Positions 15,498-24,783 of a stretch of DNA of 24,783 nucleotides are shown here, piece by piece. Both the position numbers and the translations under genes were made by a program. Position 1 is the first letter of the stretch. Each line of letters starts with the position of its first letter. The DNA comes from Candidatus Aenigmatarchaeota archaeon. GTDB lineage: Archaea > Aenigmatarchaeota > Aenigmatarchaeia > CG10238-14 > SCSR01. The DNA lies in NCBI GenBank assembly GCA_039091335.1, contig JAWCME010000007.1, forward strand, positions 1 to 24,783, given 5' to 3'. The notes under the pieces were generated by a model that did no database searches, was not told the DNA's origin, and was given only the letters and a program-made list of their open reading frames with translations.

Positions 15498-16141
15498 CTA
15501 TTTAAATATTTTTCCAGTATTTTCTGACCACAGCAAAAGGTCCAATTCATCCATCGGGATTTTTATTTTTTTCGAAAAAACTTCCATTTTTCTTTCTATT
15601 TTCAAGTACTTTTTCTTGGTTAAACTTTTTGGTATTTCTTCTATAATTCCAATAGATTTTAAGCTTTTAAGAATATGCCTATCTAATATTGCCATGTCTT
15701 TACCTAAACCTATGTTTCTTAAAAAATGGCTTGCTTCCTTGTAGCCAATACCAAAAACATTCTCTACTAACCATTCTCTTATTTTTTTCGCGTCGCCAAT
15801 CTCTTTTATCCTTTCCTTTATCCTTATTTTTCCTCCCCTCTCAAATAACTCCCTACTCTTAACTATATATTCTGCCTTCTTTCTTGGAAACCTTATGCCA
15901 GAAAGATACGAAGCTATTTCCTCCTTATTTCCATTGAAAAGAATACCATTTTTTTCTATTTTTTTGATCCTTTCGTCGCATATTTCTGCTTTTGATTGTG
16001 GTGTACATATACAAAATGCAAGTTCAGAAAAAATTTTTTTATTACTTTTGTAAAAATTTTTTCTAAATTCCTTTATCCTTTCCCTTATCTTCCGTTTTTT
16101 TAATTTATAAGATTCTATTAGTCTCGATAAATCAGTGCTTG
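15498..16141 (-). CDS. ogg: 8-oxoguanine DNA glycosylase/AP lyase (archaeal Ogg2 type); start codon unresolved
   Basis: FSELAFCICTPQS, RFP..KA.YI, REWLV..V.GIGYKEASHFLRN, AILDRH, LDLLLW...TGKIFK. Confidence 0.88.
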
Positions 16142-16234
16142 TTAAAAAACTGGTAGATAGCCGAGACCAATCAAAGCAACAAGAACTACAACAACAACTA
16201 TTACCCAAAACCACCATTTTTTCAATATATCCAT
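16142..16234 (-). CDS. Small single-TM protein (30 aa) MDILKKWWFWVIVVVVVLVALIGLGYLPVF
   Basis: Not in the ORF track. ATG at 16234 with SD AGGTG upstream; KKWWFW followed by a hydrophobic helix. Confidence 0.7.
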   Translation of the reverse strand: MDILKKWWFWVIVVVVVLVALIGLGYLPVF

Positions 16235-16343
16235 AATATTCCACCTTAAATAATTTTGTTTTTTTTAATTTAAAAACTTTAGTTAAATTACCACCTTTAT
16301 TGGTGGGGAAAATAAAATAATTAGAAATACAAGCTTCTTTCTT

Positions 16344-17132
16344 ATGAAAAAATTGTTTTTATTTTTACCATTTTTTATTTTAATTCTTTTGTTAATTTTA
16401 ATTTCATTTAAAAATGAGAGTAGGGAAAGAGCTACAATAGCTAGAGTAATAGACGGCGATACGGTTGAGCTTGCAAATGGGAAAAAAATTAGGCTTTTGG
16501 GAATTGACGCACCAGAAGAAGGGCATTACTATTTTAAAGAGTCCAAAGAAAAACTTAAAGGGCTTGTGGAAGGAAAGACGGCTTTCCTTGAAAAAGATAT
16601 TTCAAATACGGATAAAAGTGGGAGACTTTTAAGATATTTGTTTGTTGATGATGTTTTTGTGAATCTAGAGATGATAAGAGGGGGATATGCAAATGTATAC
16701 ATAATCCCCCCTAATACGAAATATGAGAAAGATATGATTAAAGCAGAAGAAGATGCGAGAAAAAGAGAAATTGGTATTTGGAAGAGGTCTAATAAAACAT
16801 ATGCTGCATGTATAAAAATCTTAAAATTTAATTATGATGCAAAAGGTGAAGACAGTAAAAATTTAAACGATGAATATGTAACTTTTGAAAACATTTGTAG
16901 TTTTCCAATAAACTTTGAGGGTTGGACAATTAGGGACAGAAGTTTCAACTACTATAAGTTTCCAAAATTTATCCTAAATCCAAAATCAAATTTTACGCTT
17001 TATTCTGGATCCGGAAAAGACTCGAATTTAGAATTATATTGGAATAGTAAGTTTTCAATATGGAATAATGAGGGGGATTCTTTATATCTAAGAGACAAAG
17101 AAGGTGATTTAATCCTAATAAAAACCTATTGA
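16344..17132 (+). CDS. Secreted or anchored thermonuclease (SNase) fused to a lamin-tail domain
   Basis: N-terminal hydrophobic helix; VIDGDT, IRLLGIDAPE, DKSGRLLRY, GIW; LTD motifs NDEYV...N, GWTI.D, IWNN.GD. Confidence 0.92.
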   Translation: MKKLFLFLPFFILILLLILISFKNESRERATIARVIDGDTVELANGKKIRLLGIDAPEEGHYYFKESKEKLKGLVEGKTAFLEKDISNTDKSGRLLRYLFVDDVFVNLEMIRGGYANVYIIPPNTKYEKDMIKAEEDARKREIGIWKRSNKTYAACIKILKFNYDAKGEDSKNLNDEYVTFENICSFPINFEGWTIRDRSFNYYKFPKFILNPKSNFTLYSGSGKDSNLELYWNSKFSIWNNEGDSLYLRDKEGDLILIKTY

Positions 17133-17284
17133 TTTTTTTTTGTATTCAACCTTGGTTTTATCGTTCCAAACTGAAGTTCAGAAGAACATTTAGAACACAC
17201 TGGTACACCTTTTTTAATTGTTATCTCCTCTAGCTTTAACCTTCCATGTTTTGGGCATATACATTTTGCTTTGATTTCACCCAC
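17126..17284 (-). CDS. Small zinc-ribbon protein (52 aa)
   Basis: Not in the ORF track. GTG overlaps the end of the CBS gene; MGEIKAKCICPKHGRLKLEEITIKKGVPVCSKCSSELQFGTIKPRLNTKKNQ contains CPKH and CSKC. Confidence 0.7.
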   Translation of the reverse strand: MGEIKAKCICPKHGRLKLEEITIKKGVPVCSKCSSELQFGTIKPRLNTKKNQ

Positions 17285-17708
17285 CTTCGTATCCGGGCAA
17301 TTTTATTGATATTAAGTTTGCTATACTTTCTATAAGTTTTGGCTCTACAATTATTATATCGCTTGCCGTTACTATTCCAACCAGTTTCCCATTCTTTACT
17401 ACAGGAAGTTTTTTAATTCTGTTTTTTGTCATAAGTTCAACGGCATCATCAATGCTGTTATCTGGTTCAATTGTTATCACATTTTTTGTCATTATGTCTT
17501 TTGCCATAGTTTTATCGGGGTTCATGCCATTTGCAATAGAATTCAAAATATCTCTCTCGGTCACTACTCCAACTGTTTTTCCTTTCTCAACTATAACCAA
17601 GCATCCTATATGAAATTTCGACATTACTTGAGACATTTCTCTTATATTTATCTCTGGTTTTGCGACTATTACATTTCTCTTCATCACATCTTTTACTAGT
17701 ATCATCAT
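17277..17708 (-). CDS. CBS-domain pair protein
   Basis: VKDVM, VGVVTERDI, AKDIMT, IKKLPVV, LVGIVT.SDI. Confidence 0.93.
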   Translation of the reverse strand: MMILVKDVMKRNVIVAKPEINIREMSQVMSKFHIGCLVIVEKGKTVGVVTERDILNSIANGMNPDKTMAKDIMTKNVITIEPDNSIDDAVELMTKNRIKKLPVVKNGKLVGIVTASDIIIVEPKLIESIANLISIKLPGYEGG

Positions 17709-17738
17709 TAATTATTTGTCAAAAGAATTAAAAGAATT

Positions 17739-20018
17739 TTAACCTATATAAGTAGGCATGCTTTTTTCTTCCTCTTTCCTAATCTTTTTCTGTCTTTCTT
17801 CAAATTTTTCGTAGTATTGTTTTACTTCTTCTGTTATGCTTGGAGAAATTTTATTTAACGCTTCTTCAAAATGTTTTTTCTTTACCTCTTTTGCCTTAAT
17901 GTTTTCCCTTATTGCGTTCATCGCGGCTTCTCTGCATAAAGCTTCTATATCAGCACCAGAAAATCCTTCTGTCTTTTTTGCAAATTCTTTTATGTCAACA
18001 TCCTTAGCTAATGGCATTTTTTTAGTATGAATTTTAAATATTTCAACCCTTGTATTTTCGTCTGGTGCCGGAACCAAAACAAACCTATCAATTCTTCCGG
18101 GTCTTAAAAGTGCTGGGTCTATTAGGTCTGGCCTGTTTGTTGCAGCAATTACTATAACATTTTTCATCTCTTCTATTCCAGACATTTCTGTTAAAAGCTG
18201 AGATACTATTCTCTCTGTAGCTTCATGTAAGCCAAATCCCCTCCTTGGTGCTAAAGCATCAATCTCATCAAAAAATATTATTGCGGGAGAAACCTGTTTT
18301 GCTCTTTTGAACAATTCTCTTATTCTTTGCTCAGATTCCCCAAACCACTTGCTTAAAAGTTCTGGGCCTTTTACTGAAATGAAATTAGCTCCACTCTCAT
18401 TAGCCACAGCCTTTACAAGCAAAGTTTTACCGCATCCTGGTGGTCCATATAGCAAAATTCCTTTTGGAGGTTCTATCCCCAACCTCTCAAAAGTTTCTGG
18501 CATTTTTAAAGGCCATTCAACCATTTCCTTTAAACTTTGTTTAACTTTTTCAAGCCCACCTATATCATCCCATCTAACCTTTGGAACCTCAACCAAAACT
18601 TCTCGCATCGCGCTTGGCTCAACTATCCTCAAAGCGTTTTCAAAATCCTCCTTCTTAACAACAAGTTTCTCCATTATTTCTTTTGGAAGTTCTTCTTCTT
18701 CTTTCCACTTTATTTCTGGTAAAACTCTTCTCAACGCTGACATTGCTGCCTCTTTGCAAAGCCCAGCCAAATCAGCCCCGACATAACCATAAGTTATGTC
18801 AGCAAGCCAGTTTAAATCAACATCTTTATCTAGTGGCATGTTTCTTGTATGAATTTTAAGAATTTCTAGTCTTCCTTCCCTATTTGGTACAGGAAACTCT
18901 ATTTCTCTATCAAACCTACCAACTCTTCTCAACGCTGGGTCTATGGCGTTTGGCCTGTTTGTTGCAGCAATTACTATAACTTTACCTCTTGATTTAAGTC
19001 CGTCCATTAATGCTAAAAGTTGAGCGACAGTTCTCTTTTCTACTTCTCCTACAACCTCCTCTCTTTTCGGAGCTATTGCATCAATCTCATCAATAAAAAT
19101 TATGCTTGGAGCATTCTTTTCAGCGTCTTCAAAAATTTTTCTTAAGTTTTCTTCTGTTTGTCCGTACCATTTGCTAAAAATTTCTGGTCCAGATACGGAG
19201 ATGAAATTAGCTCCACTCTCATTAGCCACAGCCTTTGCTAAAAGCGTTTTACCTGTTCCTGGTGGTCCATATAGCAATACACCCTTTGGAGGTTCTATCC
19301 CCAACCTCTCAAAAAGTTCTGGATGCCTTAGAGGAAGTTCGATCATTTCTCTAACTTTGTGTATTATTTCTTTTATTCCGCCTATGTCTTCATAAGTTAC
19401 TGTTGGTATTGCCCTCTCTTCAAGTCTTTCCGGCGCTTCTGGCAGTATTTCTAGTTCAGTTATATCACCAACCCTAACTATACCAGAAGGATCCGTTGAA
19501 GTTACTATAAACCTTGTTTCACCAGGAAATGGTGTGAAAAAGAAGTCTTCAAACTCGAATCCAAAGAACTCTTCAAAAATGTTTCCTCTTGGAGGTTTTC
19601 TTTTTATAACAGGTGAAGGAATAATTATATCTCCTTTAGTTAATGGTCTCATGTATATGTTTTGCTTTACCAAGTTCGGGCTCATATGGACTATTATTCC
19701 CTTTTCAGCAGGTGCGATTGAAACCTTTCTCGCTTCTTTTATATCTGCCTTTCTTACTTTTACGTACTCTCCAACACCAGATCCACAATTCCTCCTTGTT
19801 ATACCATCCATTCTTATTATATTAAGACCAACATCAGCAGGATACGCTCTTGCAGCTATTGCTCCTGTTTTTCTTCCTCCCTCTATTTCAACAACATCTC
19901 CTTCTTTAATTCCAAGTTTTTGCATAATAGTAGAATCAATTCTAACTATACCCCTTCCAGCCTCTTCCCTTGCTGTAAGTTCACCAACCCTTAGCCTGAT
20001 TTCCTTTTCTTCTGTCAA
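17739..20018 (-). CDS. cdc48: CDC48/VAT AAA+ ATPase
   Basis: N domain plus two AAA modules ([13 protein letters not shown] and [13 protein letters not shown], both with SRH), C-terminal YIG; SD GAGGTGA before the TTG start. Confidence 0.97.
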   Translation of the reverse strand: MTEEKEIRLRVGELTAREEAGRGIVRIDSTIMQKLGIKEGDVVEIEGGRKTGAIAARAYPADVGLNIIRMDGITRRNCGSGVGEYVKVRKADIKEARKVSIAPAEKGIIVHMSPNLVKQNIYMRPLTKGDIIIPSPVIKRKPPRGNIFEEFFGFEFEDFFFTPFPGETRFIVTSTDPSGIVRVGDITELEILPEAPERLEERAIPTVTYEDIGGIKEIIHKVREMIELPLRHPELFERLGIEPPKGVLLYGPPGTGKTLLAKAVANESGANFISVSGPEIFSKWYGQTEENLRKIFEDAEKNAPSIIFIDEIDAIAPKREEVVGEVEKRTVAQLLALMDGLKSRGKVIVIAATNRPNAIDPALRRVGRFDREIEFPVPNREGRLEILKIHTRNMPLDKDVDLNWLADITYGYVGADLAGLCKEAAMSALRRVLPEIKWKEEEELPKEIMEKLVVKKEDFENALRIVEPSAMREVLVEVPKVRWDDIGGLEKVKQSLKEMVEWPLKMPETFERLGIEPPKGILLYGPPGCGKTLLVKAVANESGANFISVKGPELLSKWFGESEQRIRELFKRAKQVSPAIIFFDEIDALAPRRGFGLHEATERIVSQLLTEMSGIEEMKNVIVIAATNRPDLIDPALLRPGRIDRFVLVPAPDENTRVEIFKIHTKKMPLAKDVDIKEFAKKTEGFSGADIEALCREAAMNAIRENIKAKEVKKKHFEEALNKISPSITEEVKQYYEKFEERQKKIRKEEEKSMPTYIG

Positions 20019-20027
20019 AGCATCACC

Positions 20028-20360
20028 TCAAAAAATATCCTCCTCTAATAATATTTTAAAAACCTTCCACATAACTTTTCCCTCCCATTCTTTTATAAAA
20101 TTTTCTATTTTATCGAATTCATCTTCTGGAACTATAAAACTACTTTGGTCAACTCTTTTGTGCGGTATTCCATTTAACAAGCCATCTCTCCGATAAACAT
20201 AAACTTTTTCTTTTGGTTTTGTTCTTCCTACAAAAATTTCCCTTCTTATCATTTGTTTCCACCCATAAAGCTCTCTGAAAAATTTGTTTCTCTCGTAGTA
20301 GCTTTCGAACTTTTCTGAGTTAATACTGAAAGCTATGAGTACAGCCTTTTTTTTCATCAT
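20028..20360 (-). CDS. Hypothetical protein (110 aa), possibly a Cas2/VapD-like ferredoxin fold
   Basis: ORF with ATG start, 9 bp upstream of cdc48. The fold guess rests only on the FFR.LYG...GLL..IP..R..QSSFIV pattern. Confidence 0.75.
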   Translation of the reverse strand: MMKKKAVLIAFSINSEKFESYYERNKFFRELYGWKQMIRREIFVGRTKPKEKVYVYRRDGLLNGIPHKRVDQSSFIVPEDEFDKIENFIKEWEGKVMWKVFKILLEEDIF

Positions 20361-20471
20361 TTTAGATTATTTAAACACTAAAATATTTAAAACTTTCTTT
20401 TTTTTGTTTTTGTCACACAAAATAATTTTGGACAAAATTTAAATGAAAATCTAAATTTTCTGCAATGATTT

Positions 20472-21266
20472 TTAGACAGGACTTAAAGAAGCTCTAAACC
20501 CAATGAAATTTTTTAACCTTTCCATTATCTTAGAGAAAGAGTTATCTTGCTTATACTGTTCACCAACAAGCCTTGCAGCAAATTTTATAATTTCCCTGCT
20601 GGCAGGAGAATTTTTATTCAGCACGATAACAGGCATTTTAAGTGAAACCGCTTTCTTCACATTCTTATCATAAGGAATCGAAGCAAGAACAGGAAGACGA
20701 GTTAACTCTTCAACTTCTTTTGCGTTCATCTCATACCTTGCCTTATCAACAGCATTTAAAACAATTCCGATAGGTCTTAGGTTAAGTACAGATATAACCT
20801 CTTGATATTTTATTATATCTATTATAGATGGAACATATGGTGCTGTTATATATAAAACCTCATCACATGCTTTCAAACAGCCCATTGCCTCTCTTCCTAG
20901 ACCCGGACTTCCGTCTAGCAGCACTATATCGTTTTTTTCTTCTAAAGGTTTTATGCTTTCTCTGAGTAGAGTTACATCTATTCCTTCTAACTCACTTACA
21001 GAGAGAGAAGAAGGCACGACTTTCATTCCTGTAAAATGTTCATATATTGCTTCTTCTATTTCTGACTCCCCTCTCAAAACTTTGTTAAGAGTTATTGGGC
21101 AATAATACATTCCCAAATATAAACCTAAATGGGAAGTTGTAATGTTACAATCAACAATTGTTACTTTTTTCTTGAAATAGTGAGAGAGAGCCGCTCCTAA
21201 ATTGATCGTCAAAGTAGTTTTTCCAACCCCACCTTTACCAGAAACTATTCCAATTACTCTTGCCAT
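20472..21266 (-). CDS. minD: Archaeal MinD-family ATPase
   Basis: Deviant Walker A SGKGGVGKTT, IVD, LLDGSPGLG, GIVLN, IPYD. Confidence 0.88.
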   Translation of the reverse strand: MARVIGIVSGKGGVGKTTLTINLGAALSHYFKKKVTIVDCNITTSHLGLYLGMYYCPITLNKVLRGESEIEEAIYEHFTGMKVVPSSLSVSELEGIDVTLLRESIKPLEEKNDIVLLDGSPGLGREAMGCLKACDEVLYITAPYVPSIIDIIKYQEVISVLNLRPIGIVLNAVDKARYEMNAKEVEELTRLPVLASIPYDKNVKKAVSLKMPVIVLNKNSPASREIIKFAARLVGEQYKQDNSFSKIMERLKNFIGFRASLSPV

Positions 21267-21286
21267 GCTATTAATTAATTACTTTA

Positions 21287-21562
21287 CTATTTACTTATTT
21301 CTTCAGCTTCGGTTTTACTTTCCTTTTCTTCTTTCTTCGGTTTAAACAAGGAAAAAATACCAAAAGAGGATTTTTTCCTTAAAAAAGGCATTCCAGTTTT
21401 CGGATTTTCAACGACTTCATAACCATATGGTAGGTTGAAAATGGCCCCTGTGGGGTCTTTCGAAAAATAATAAATTTTGGCCTTTCCTTTAACTTTCATG
21501 TGAAGCCAAAACTTTTGGCCGTTTTTCTTAGATTTGTAAATAAAAGGCCCAAAAATTCCCAT
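21287..21562 (-). CDS. Conserved-looking small basic hypothetical protein
   Basis: WLH...IYYFSK...LP.GYEVVENPKTGMPFLRKK motif. Confidence 0.8.
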   Translation of the reverse strand: MGIFGPFIYKSKKNGQKFWLHMKVKGKAKIYYFSKDPTGAIFNLPYGYEVVENPKTGMPFLRKKSSFGIFSLFKPKKEEKESKTEAEEISK

Positions 21563-21608
21563 GAAATATTTTTAGCATCGCTTTAATTATAATTTTCTTA
21601 TTTTAAAC

Positions 21609-22850
21609 TCATTCTATTTCTTCCCTTCCTTTTAATAGTTTTGGCCTCTTTCCCTTTATCCTTCTCAAATACAATAAAATCAAGACAATCAAAACCATTA
21701 GTAAAATTGCAAATAGAATTTGCCACCACAAAACCGCAGGAGGTCTATAAACTAAAAGAGTTAGACTTGCAAGTTGAAACGCGGCATCTTCTATAAACAT
21801 TTCAGACTTTTTTAATTCCATTTTTGTATCTTCAATTTTGCCTAACCTAAAGTACTTTTTAGCATTTTCAAGACTAACTCTTGCAATCTTTAAACTTTCA
21901 TTTGCAACTTTTACATCATAACCTTCAAAGAAAGCATAGTTTATTTCTTTTTGTATTTCAGATATCAAAAATTCATAATTCAAAATTTTTTCGTAAATTT
22001 CTTCTTCTTCTGAAGGCGGGATTGAAAAAACTTGAATAGAAATTTCCCCCCTTTTCTTTACCCCCTCGTCATTCATTGTTTCAAACTCAATAGGATAAAC
22101 ACCTTCTTCGGTTGTTGAAGGAATTTCAATTGAAATTACAAAAACAACGCTCTGGTTTGGATTTAAAATTGAAACTTGTTTTGGTGAGACAGAAACATTT
22201 AATAAAGATGAGACAGAAGTATAAAGCTTGAGATTATGCGCAGGAGCATTTCCTAAATTTTTTACAGTTACACTAATCAACTTTTTTTCTCCAATATATA
22301 GTTTAACTGAGGGAGGATATTCAAGCTCTAGCTTAGGAACCCCTGGAGGTGGAGTAGGAGGGGGGGTAGGAGGATAACTAGGGACATAAATTGGAATCAC
22401 TCCAGAAGGCGGGAGATGTACATAAAAAGCTCCCCACGTTTCTATAACTTTTGTGTCATAATGGGCTTTGGATTGAATGTAATATAGGCCAACATCTGGT
22501 GGAACGAAAACACTACTAAACCCCTTTCTCATCCCAGCTTCAAGAGGTACGGAAATATCATAATAGTAAGCCAAAGGTTTTAGAGTGTTGTTCAAATAAC
22601 CATAAACTCTTAACTCAATTTTTGTTGTTATTTGCTTAGTTCCTGTGTTTATAAATTCTGCATACATTTTTTGTTGGTTTCCAATTTCTATTGATGGTTC
22701 ATAAGCTAAAAGCAATTTTCCATCAGTTTTTTCTTTTACAGAAACTTCTAACATGCTCAAAAGGCTTAATCCAATTTTTGCAAAAAAATCTTTACCAAGA
22801 AAAATTGCGAGCAAAAGAAGTAAAATTAAGATGAAATAGATTTTACGCAT
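21609..22850 (-). CDS. Surface protein: Ig-like/CARDB-type domains, Pro-rich linker, helical stalk, C-terminal TM
   Basis: N-terminal hydrophobic helix, PPTPPPTPPP linker, VTVKNLG...NL, TM followed by a basic tail. Confidence 0.82.
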   Translation of the reverse strand: MRKIYFILILLLLLAIFLGKDFFAKIGLSLLSMLEVSVKEKTDGKLLLAYEPSIEIGNQQKMYAEFINTGTKQITTKIELRVYGYLNNTLKPLAYYYDISVPLEAGMRKGFSSVFVPPDVGLYYIQSKAHYDTKVIETWGAFYVHLPPSGVIPIYVPSYPPTPPPTPPPGVPKLELEYPPSVKLYIGEKKLISVTVKNLGNAPAHNLKLYTSVSSLLNVSVSPKQVSILNPNQSVVFVISIEIPSTTEEGVYPIEFETMNDEGVKKRGEISIQVFSIPPSEEEEIYEKILNYEFLISEIQKEINYAFFEGYDVKVANESLKIARVSLENAKKYFRLGKIEDTKMELKKSEMFIEDAAFQLASLTLLVYRPPAVLWWQILFAILLMVLIVLILLYLRRIKGKRPKLLKGREEIE

Positions 22851-23436
22851 ATTTATATATTAGGAGAGAAATCACTAAAATGCAAACGATTGCTAAAACA
22901 AAAGAAAGAAAAGAAGAAGTTTGTTCTATTGCCTTTCCTGTTAGTGGCGAAGATTTTTCAATTTTTGAAGTTTTGTTTTCAATTTCTTGAGTTTCGCCTT
23001 CAACTTTAACTTTAAAATTGAATTCCCTTTCTTGAAAGAAGGCTATGCCTCGAGAAGGAAGACCAGCTTTAGCTCTTATAGTTATCTCGTATTCTCCTTT
23101 TATTGCATTTTCAGGTTTGGCAAAAATTCTAGCAACAAAAGCTTTGATTGGTTTTTCAGAGTAAGGCAAATTTATATATTCTTCCCCTGTTGAAGAGTTT
23201 AGCAAAAATTCTTTCGGTTGAATCAAAATAAACCAGTTTTCTGGCGCATTTTTAACTTCAATTTGAACTTTATAAGAATTTTCTTCAAAATTCCAAAACA
23301 AAATTTCAAATTTTGCTGACTCGTTGGCTTTGATTATAGCAAAATCTTTTCTCACAACACTTCCTAGGCTTATTGCTTCAACCTTAGATAAAATTAAGAG
23401 AAACAGTAAAATTGTGATTAAGCTAAGCTTATTCAT
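22843..23436 (-). CDS. Surface protein with signal peptide, Ig-like domain and C-terminal TM
   Basis: Start reassigned to ATG 23436 (MNKLSLITILLFLL...), which overlaps the upstream stop. Confidence 0.8.
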   Translation of the reverse strand: MNKLSLITILLFLLILSKVEAISLGSVVRKDFAIIKANESAKFEILFWNFEENSYKVQIEVKNAPENWFILIQPKEFLLNSSTGEEYINLPYSEKPIKAFVARIFAKPENAIKGEYEITIRAKAGLPSRGIAFFQEREFNFKVKVEGETQEIENKTSKIEKSSPLTGKAIEQTSSFLSFVLAIVCILVISLLIYKYA

Positions 23437-24783
23437 GTTTAACACCACTGATGAAAATTTTTCCGGTATAAAATCCAGCATAAATTGGAGGAACATTCAA
23501 CCAATACCAAGTCGTGATGTTTGTATTTTCAGGCACATTGAGTTTTATTAAAGAATCAACTTCAGAAAGTTGGAAATAACCATCATCTATATTACTGCTT
23601 ATGTTGCTCCAACTTATATTTCCAACTTTAATCGAACCCAAAGTTGAATTTATCAAATCAGTCCCTCTTATGTAGAGATCCAAGTTACAACTACCTGAAT
23701 TTACTGTTATGTTGTATTCATTGTTCAAATTTCCTGGTGCCGAATTGTTGTAAGTGTTTGGTATTAATTCATCAAAGTCTATTGAAGACCAGGCTAAGCT
23801 GAAATCTACTGTACAAGGTATTATTGAGAGTGTTGCATTTTTTGTAAAATTGGGTTGAACTTCTGAATAAGAAGAATTGAAAAAAACACCAATTTTCCAA
23901 TAAGTGTTTATTTCTCCTGAAACATTTACAACCCAAGTTAAATTACAAAAATCTTCAGCATTCAAAGGATTGTTTGGACAAGGTTTCATAGCTAAGGCAG
24001 GAGTTTCATTCACAAAAAAAGGTCTATCACCATAACTTGTGTTTATTGGTGTATCTGGATAATAAGAAGTTAAATTGTACATTAAAGTTCCATAAACATT
24101 ACCGCAACCAGTGATTCTACAAAAAACTGTTGCATTAACAAGAAAAGTTGAATTTTGGATTAGATTGGTTAAAGCTTCTGTTTCTGGTCGAATCAATTCA
24201 ACCTCAAGGTAGGGTATTCCTATGCTATAGTTAGCTATTATGTAAATTTGGTCAACATAAACAAAAGCCATTGGAAATCCGTCTAAATCTTCCCCCCTTA
24301 CTCTAACCTTGACATTCAAAATTTGTTGCTTAGTTAAGGAAGAAATGTTACACACTGTATCGCTCAGGCTTTCATTCTCCTCAAAAGGTCCAGCACAATT
24401 AACCCAATGACTACCGTTCCAATAATCTATGTTTATATTTGAAGCTCCAAAACCAACATCACTAAACCAAAAAACATGAACATAAGCAGATTGAATTATT
24501 GTGTTTTCAGGCACATTCAAATCCCAATAGCTAACATTAATCCAACCAAAAGGATAAGTCAACAAATCAACCATCTCATAAACCCCATCACTTTCATTTA
24601 TTCTTGCAACATCACAATCTCCATCAGAATCTTGACATGTTAACGGCAACCTTCTGAACTGAACATAAAATGTTTTTTCTCCAGTTACATTCTCTTTCCC
24701 GGTTGTATCATTAACATAAATTTTCCATGCAACACTGCCAGAAAGGAAAGAATCATTTTTCCAAGAAAAATTTGTCCAAGCCC
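23429..24783 (-). CDS. Large extracellular glycoprotein, C-terminal part (start lies beyond the right edge)
   Basis: The frame is open from 24781 to the stop at 23429 (AWTNFSWKNDS...WKIYVNDTTGKENVT...). Many N-x-S/T sequons, paired Cys, beta-rich. Confidence 0.85.
   Translation of the reverse strand, partial: AWTNFSWKNDSFLSGSVAWKIYVNDTTGKENVTGEKTFYVQFRRLPLTCQDSDGDCDVARINESDGVYEMVDLLTYPFGWINVSYWDLNVPENTIIQSAYVHVFWFSDVGFGASNINIDYWNGSHWVNCAGPFEENESLSDTVCNISSLTKQQILNVKVRVRGEDLDGFPMAFVYVDQIYIIANYSIGIPYLEVELIRPETEALTNLIQNSTFLVNATVFCRITGCGNVYGTLMYNLTSYYPDTPINTSYGDRPFFVNETPALAMKPCPNNPLNAEDFCNLTWVVNVSGEINTYWKIGVFFNSSYSEVQPNFTKNATLSIIPCTVDFSLAWSSIDFDELIPNTYNNSAPGNLNNEYNITVNSGSCNLDLYIRGTDLINSTLGSIKVGNISWSNISSNIDDGYFQLSEVDSLIKLNVPENTNITTWYWLNVPPIYAGFYTGKIFISGVKHE

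Noticed and set aside
16142..16244. Cys-rich (CCCSSCC) N-terminal extension of Ogg as a metal-binding motif
   Set aside because: It is the off-frame reading of GTT repeats encoding the TM helix of a 30-aa ORF with its own SD.
16291..16306. Hairpin CCACC-TTTATT-GGTGG in a divergent intergenic region
   Set aside because: A 5-bp stem is too short to support any call.
17836..20196. Several plus-strand ORFs of 60-220 aa
   Set aside because: Antisense shadows of cdc48 with Ser/Phe/Ile-rich composition and no motifs.
20028..20360. CRISPR-Cas locus suggested by a possibly Cas2-like small protein
   Set aside because: No repeat-spacer array or other cas genes seen in the window, and the similarity is only an impression.
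22340..22375. G-rich tract as a G-quadruplex or repeat element
   Set aside because: Explained by the Pro-rich linker codons of the minus-strand surface protein.
23437..23496. Extended N-terminus of the 217-aa ORF
   Set aside because: Overlaps the upstream CDS; ATG 23436 gives a clean signal peptide and translational coupling.

Overview
AT-rich archaeal chromosomal segment. The gene content suggests a DPANN archaeon, possibly Aenigmarchaeota-like (inference only). It carries about 33 CDS: three radical SAM enzymes, an S-layer protein, a GT2 glycosyltransferase, Pth2, two DJ-1/PfpI paralogs, an ADP-forming acyl-CoA ligase beta subunit, an Ogg glycosylase, a secreted thermonuclease, CDC48, MinD, surface proteins, and at the left edge the 5' part of a tyrosine integrase beside tRNA-Leu. 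Four tRNA genes (Leu-CAA, Gly-GCC, Thr-CGT, Gln-TTG) together hold nine short introns, five at non-canonical sites. Main finding: the 37/38 introns of tRNA-Leu(CAA) (27 nt) and tRNA-Gln(TTG) (33 nt) share the module AGCT-CTGA-N3-5-G-ATGAAGA (box D, then box C, K-loop geometry). Each is preceded by an antisense element to its own anticodon loop, and the base 5 nt upstream of box D pairs exactly with wobble position 34 and co-varies with it. They look like ultra-minimal intron-encoded C/D guides for 2'-O-methylation of N34. Other points: nucleotide-identical tracts between the CDC48 D1/D2 modules and between the DJ-1 paralogs, a duplicated acceptor strand upstream of tRNA-Gln, and several small ORFs missing from the ORF track.
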